64,000 nt of DNA from the human T2T-CHM13v2.0 reference genome, Homo sapiens: assembly GCF_009914755.1 (NCBI RefSeq), contig NC_060932.1; one strand, 5' to 3'. Position numbers and translations under genes: made by a program. Below, piece by piece: positions 60,880 to 64,000 of the stretch. The notes below the pieces were generated by a model that searched no databases, was not told where the DNA came from, and worked only from the letters and a program-made list of their open reading frames with translations. Position 1 is the first letter of the stretch. Every line of letters begins with the position of its first letter.

Positions 60880-63200
60880 TTCCTGTCCTTACAATAAAAA
60901 CAAGTTCAACGAAAAGAAAATAACTACTTTTTTTGGACCCACCAGAGAACTGAGGTCTCAGAGCAGTGAGCCATCCCTAAATCTGAAAAGACAGGCACCT
61001 TCAGGCAGAAAAAAACCACCTGAGATTTGCTTACCTAGAGCGGAACACCGCAGGATGCAACAGTCTAGGGGGAACAACAAGGTGGGAATTTGGAGGAGTT
61101 GCTGGCGTCCAAGTGTGGACTGCGGTTGTGGGTATCTGCCGGCTTTTCCTCCAGGAAGGAGTTCACTGAGACCCACAGAAAGAATGCCGGGGAATCTGTG
61201 GGAGCTTCCCTCCCACGCGGCAGGGAAAGGGAAAGAATTATCACAGTGCTGTCTGCCCAGGCCCTGCTCCCTCACAGAATTAAAGTCTCAACCTTGGGAA
61301 GAACACGGCCAGAGGGCAATAGTGAAATCCCGCCCTATCTGCCCCTCTTCAACCCAACTCTAGCTTCTGTTTTCCCTCAGAAAAATAAGTAAAAGAAAGA
61401 AAAGAAACCATCCCTCTAGAAGGGGCGAGCGCTTTGAATATGTGGACTGGAACCTGGCTGCGGGGAAGGGACTGGGGCAGGGAAGTGACTGGGGCCAATC
61501 ACTCCACGCCGCACCAGGAGGAGGGACGGAAACGCGGGAGAGCCACACCCTGGAGACATAGGCCCGCCATGCACCCAGAGGACCCAAATCTCCTCGGAAG
61601 ATCCGAGGACGGCCACCCACCATGTCCTCCCACCTATGCTAATAAAGCTCCAGGAACAGGAACTATGGGTCAGAGTGAGAAAAGCTCTAAGGAGCATCAC
61701 AAAGGCCAAACCCGAAAGGGGAGGCGAAACAAGGTGCACCAGAAGAAACGGGAGACTCTCCTGCCCTCACAGCCAACAAACTTCACATTGCCCAGCTCCT
61801 GCAGAGCAATGCAAATCCTCACACTGAAGCCTGCATACCTCAGCACCTGCTGCCTTGCTCAACACTCCTGGCCCTCGAACAAAAAAAAAACTTAGAGGCA
61901 TACCAAAAGTCATAAAAACGCAAACATTCCGAAGAAACAAAGCAATCACCAGAACCAGACCCAACATGACCAAGATGTTGACATTTATCATACAGGGAAT
62001 TTAAAAAAACTATAACTAGGCCAGGTGCCCTGGCTCATGACTGTAATCCCAGCACTTCGGCTGGGTGGGAGGAGGCGGAGTTGGGAGGATTGCTAGACGC
62101 CAGGAGTTTGACACCAGCCCGGGCAACAGAGCACATAGCATGACCCCGTTTCTGCAAAAAAAAATTAAAATATTAGCCAGGCATTGTATTCCTGCCTGCA
62201 GTCCCAGCTACCTGGGAGGATGAGGTGGAAAGATCGCTTGAGCCCAGGAGTATGAGGCTACAGTGTGCTGTGATTGCATCACTGCACTGTAGTCTGAGTG
62301 ACAGAATGAGACTCTGTCTCTAAAAATATAAAAATAAAAAAGTCTTTACTGGAAAAAGTAAATGACTTATAAGACTAGATAGATAATCTCAGAGAGATGG
62401 AAACTATAAAAAAAAGAAAATATTTTAACTCAAAAACAATAGCAACAAAAATGCTCCAGCCTCATTAGCATATTTGACATAGTTGAGTAAAGAGTAGCTA
62501 ACTTGAAAAAAGTCAACAAAAGTTGACTCAAAGAGAACTGAATTAAAATAATAATAATAAACAGATATCCAAGAAATGTGGGAAAATGGCAAAAGTTGTG
62601 ATGTGTACCTAGTTAAAAACAGAAACTGGCAGAATAAATATTTAAAGAAATAAACAATGGCTTTTTTATAGAAGCAATAAAGGAAATAAAAGTTTCCAAA
62701 ATTCAAATATCAAGCTAAAACTCTGAGGAGCTTAGAAACACCAAGCAAGATAAATACCAAAAACTGCATCTATGCATGACATATTCAAACTGCAGAAAAA
62801 CAAAGACAAAGAGATATCCTTGAAGTCAGTCAAAAGGAAAGAAAAAAGAAAAAAAGATAAACTTATCTACAGAGGAACAAGGATAAGAATTACACTGAAC
62901 TTCTCATTAGAAACCATGCAAGCAGAAAGAAAACAGAGTGAATTATTTAAAATACTAAAAGGGAAAAACTGCCAATCTAGAATTCTACACCCAGTGAAGT
63001 TGACTTCAAAGGTGAAAGAGAAATAGACTTTCTCAGACAAACAAAAACTGAGGCAAAATAAACATAACTAAGAAAATTCTTCCGGCAGAAAGAAATGCAA
63101 TAGGTCAGAAACTGGGATCTATACAAACAAGGAATGAACATCATACAAAAAATTGAGAGAATAATCTTTTATTTTTCTTATTTTTAAGTTCTCTAAAATT
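60880..63200 (+). mobile_element. Ancient L1M (MC/MD-type) 5'UTR plus ORF1 remnant
   Basis: cagagaactgaggtctcagagca 5'UTR motif. ORF 62772..63026 (IFKLQKNKDKE...IRITLNFSLETMQA...RILHPVKL) is the L1 ORF1p C-terminal part. Confidence 0.75.
62019..62341 (+). mobile_element. AluJ-type SINE
   Basis: Diverged dimeric Alu with small insertions, nested in the L1M. Confidence 0.88.
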
Positions 63201-63575
63201 CTAATGAGAAAAGGAAATACAGTGCAAACTTTAAAACTAACAAGTTGATTGAACCTGGACTATATGGAATGGGAATCAAATAGGAAGGAATAATATATTC
63301 TAAGTGATGTTTTTCAGAAAAAGATCATCAAAAATAAGAGAAACTATTTAGTAAATCTGTAAAAAGGTATTTGTAGTCCCTCTTGTTCTGGGTTCTCTGT
63401 TTTAACTGCCATCGGGTCAGGTCTGTGGAATGAGTTATGAAATGAGCATGGGTCTAAATGAGAAGATGACCATGCCCCACAGGCAGACTGGCACGCTGAG
63501 CTCCAGCATTAAAGGACTTATTGAAAAACTTATAGTAGAGTAGAGGAAACTAGAACAAACTACCAGAGAAGTTCA

Positions 63576-63999
<424 letters not shown>

Positions 64000-64000
64000 A

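Noticed and set aside
61434-61895. 153-aa ORF in the GC-rich patch
   Set aside because: Low-information basic sequence inside an L1M 5'UTR; long open frames are expected at this GC content.

Overview
This is primate, almost certainly human, AT-rich intronic genomic DNA; no prokaryotic system, CRISPR array or RNA gene is present. The only genuine coding sequence is four minus-strand exons of the peroxidasin-like gene PXDNL: two 72-nt LRR exons (40793-40864, 24752-24823), the LRR-CT exon (16079-16248) and the start of Ig domain 1 (13288-13405). They splice in frame through GT-AG sites. The gene identity and exon numbering (5-8) come from my recollection of the protein, not a search. The rest is a layered transposon landscape: two full-length L1s antisense to the gene, a near-complete HAL1, a complete THE1 MaLR, solo LTRs, 13 Alus or Alu fragments, L2, MIR and MER relics, and microsatellites. 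Repeat subfamily names are by-eye calls. The best leads, all untested hypotheses, are: (1) a candidate poison cryptic exon directly upstream of a ~480-nt UG-rich tract, an architecture typical of TDP-43-repressed exons; (2) two MaLR elements inserted head-to-head into the same 5-bp target (GCCTC x3); (3) a CpG-retaining CCAAT/ETS/G4 patch in an ancient L1 5' end with a strong PXDNL-sense splice donor; (4) inverted Alus around a 288-nt stop-free exon 7-8 cassette.
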